Shown here piece after piece: positions 52,654 to 53,246 of a stretch of 53,246 bases of DNA. A program made the position numbers and the translations under genes. The notes under the pieces are model-generated. The model did not search any database and was not told where the DNA came from. It saw nothing but the letters and a program-made list of their open reading frames with translations. Location of the stretch: positions 1-53,246 of IMG/VR virus record IMGVR_UViG_3300042945_002100; one strand, given 5' to 3'. The DNA is from a virus (taxonomy: Duplodnaviria; Caudoviricetes). Positions within the stretch are counted from its first letter, which is position 1, and each line of letters starts with the position of its first letter.

Positions 52654-53009
52654 GCCGTTTCCTTTTTCAAATTTTTAACCCACATGATGATGTCGGCTAG
52701 TTCATCGGGAGGAACACACGCCTTGGCTTGCTGCCCATCCTTAAAATTGATGAACTCACCTGTTGGATCGAAGATTGCGACTTCTACGGCACTTGCGGAA
52801 TTCGCTTCCAAGTCTTGGTCAAAAGTCTTGGCAAACAAATCCCCGTTCATGTCCCTGCTGTAGATGGCATACCCATAGACAATGGAGATGGCATACCCAT
52901 TTGAAAATCTGATCAGGGTTGAATGCTTCTGAAACGAATAGGCATTCACCTTGGGAGAGTCAATCCGTGAGCGAAAGAGCGGTGTGTGGATGGATGCAGG
53001 ATCGATCAT
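52650..53009 (-). CDS. Conserved phage hypothetical protein
   Basis: RFSNGYAISIV..VEVAIFDPTG. Confidence 0.65.
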   Translation of the reverse strand: MIDPASIHTPLFRSRIDSPKVNAYSFQKHSTLIRFSNGYAISIVYGYAIYSRDMNGDLFAKTFDQDLEANSASAVEVAIFDPTGEFINFKDGQQAKACVPPDELADIIMWVKNLKKETA

Positions 53010-53021
53010 GGGTTGAAAGAG

Positions 53022-53050
53022 AGTATAGAGAGAGGGGAAGGATGTGTCAA
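53022..53050 (-). promoter_or_regulatory. Sigma70-type early promoter
   Basis: TTGACA-N17-TATACT. Confidence 0.8.
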
Positions 53051-53246
53051 GCAAAAAACCTTGTCAGGAATGCCAGAATGAGGTTTTTAGAAATCTTTCG
53101 TTGAAATCCCAATGTGCGCCCCCTGTGGGGAAGGGTGGGGGAATGTGGGTTAGAGTGGAGGAGAAAGGGGAAGAGGGGAGGAGAGAAGAGGAACGCGTGT
53201 GTGTTAGGCTGCAACTTACCGAGTCAAATTTTTTGGAAAATTCCAG

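Noticed and set aside
1-53246. Stop-codon reassignment
   Set aside because: Core genes are full length in the standard code, end in TAA, TGA or TAG, and no suppressor tRNA is seen

Overview
A 53-kb piece of a T4-like (myovirus) phage genome. From about 1 to 24,900 the + strand carries the conserved core: a TPR/glycosyltransferase C-terminus, a tail-collar protein, gp13-gp23, two gp3-like genes, uvsY, uvsW, gp55, gp47 and gp46. From about 24,900 to the end is a mostly minus-strand accessory region with many small ORFs, a tmRNA (tag ANRRLALAA), five tRNAs, gmd, a HAD nucleotidase, a deaminase, a T3-type SAM lyase, an ADP-ribosyltransferase-like gene, two HEXXH proteins and a PAP2 phosphatase. 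Two promoter classes can be read directly: late (C/A)TAAATA and sigma70 TTGAC-N16/17-TAxxxT, many apparently giving leaderless mRNAs. The most interesting candidates are: (1) late-expressed enzymes carrying T4 capsid-targeting-like leaders; (2) G-x-T-G/A motifs inserted across virion proteins alongside glycosylation genes; (3) a trypsin-like domain fused to a gp3-like tail protein; (4) three unexplained structured RNAs, two of them tRNA-like; (5) a PEP-CTERM-like tail hinting at a Planctomycete host. All assignments come from motif recognition by eye, with no database searches.
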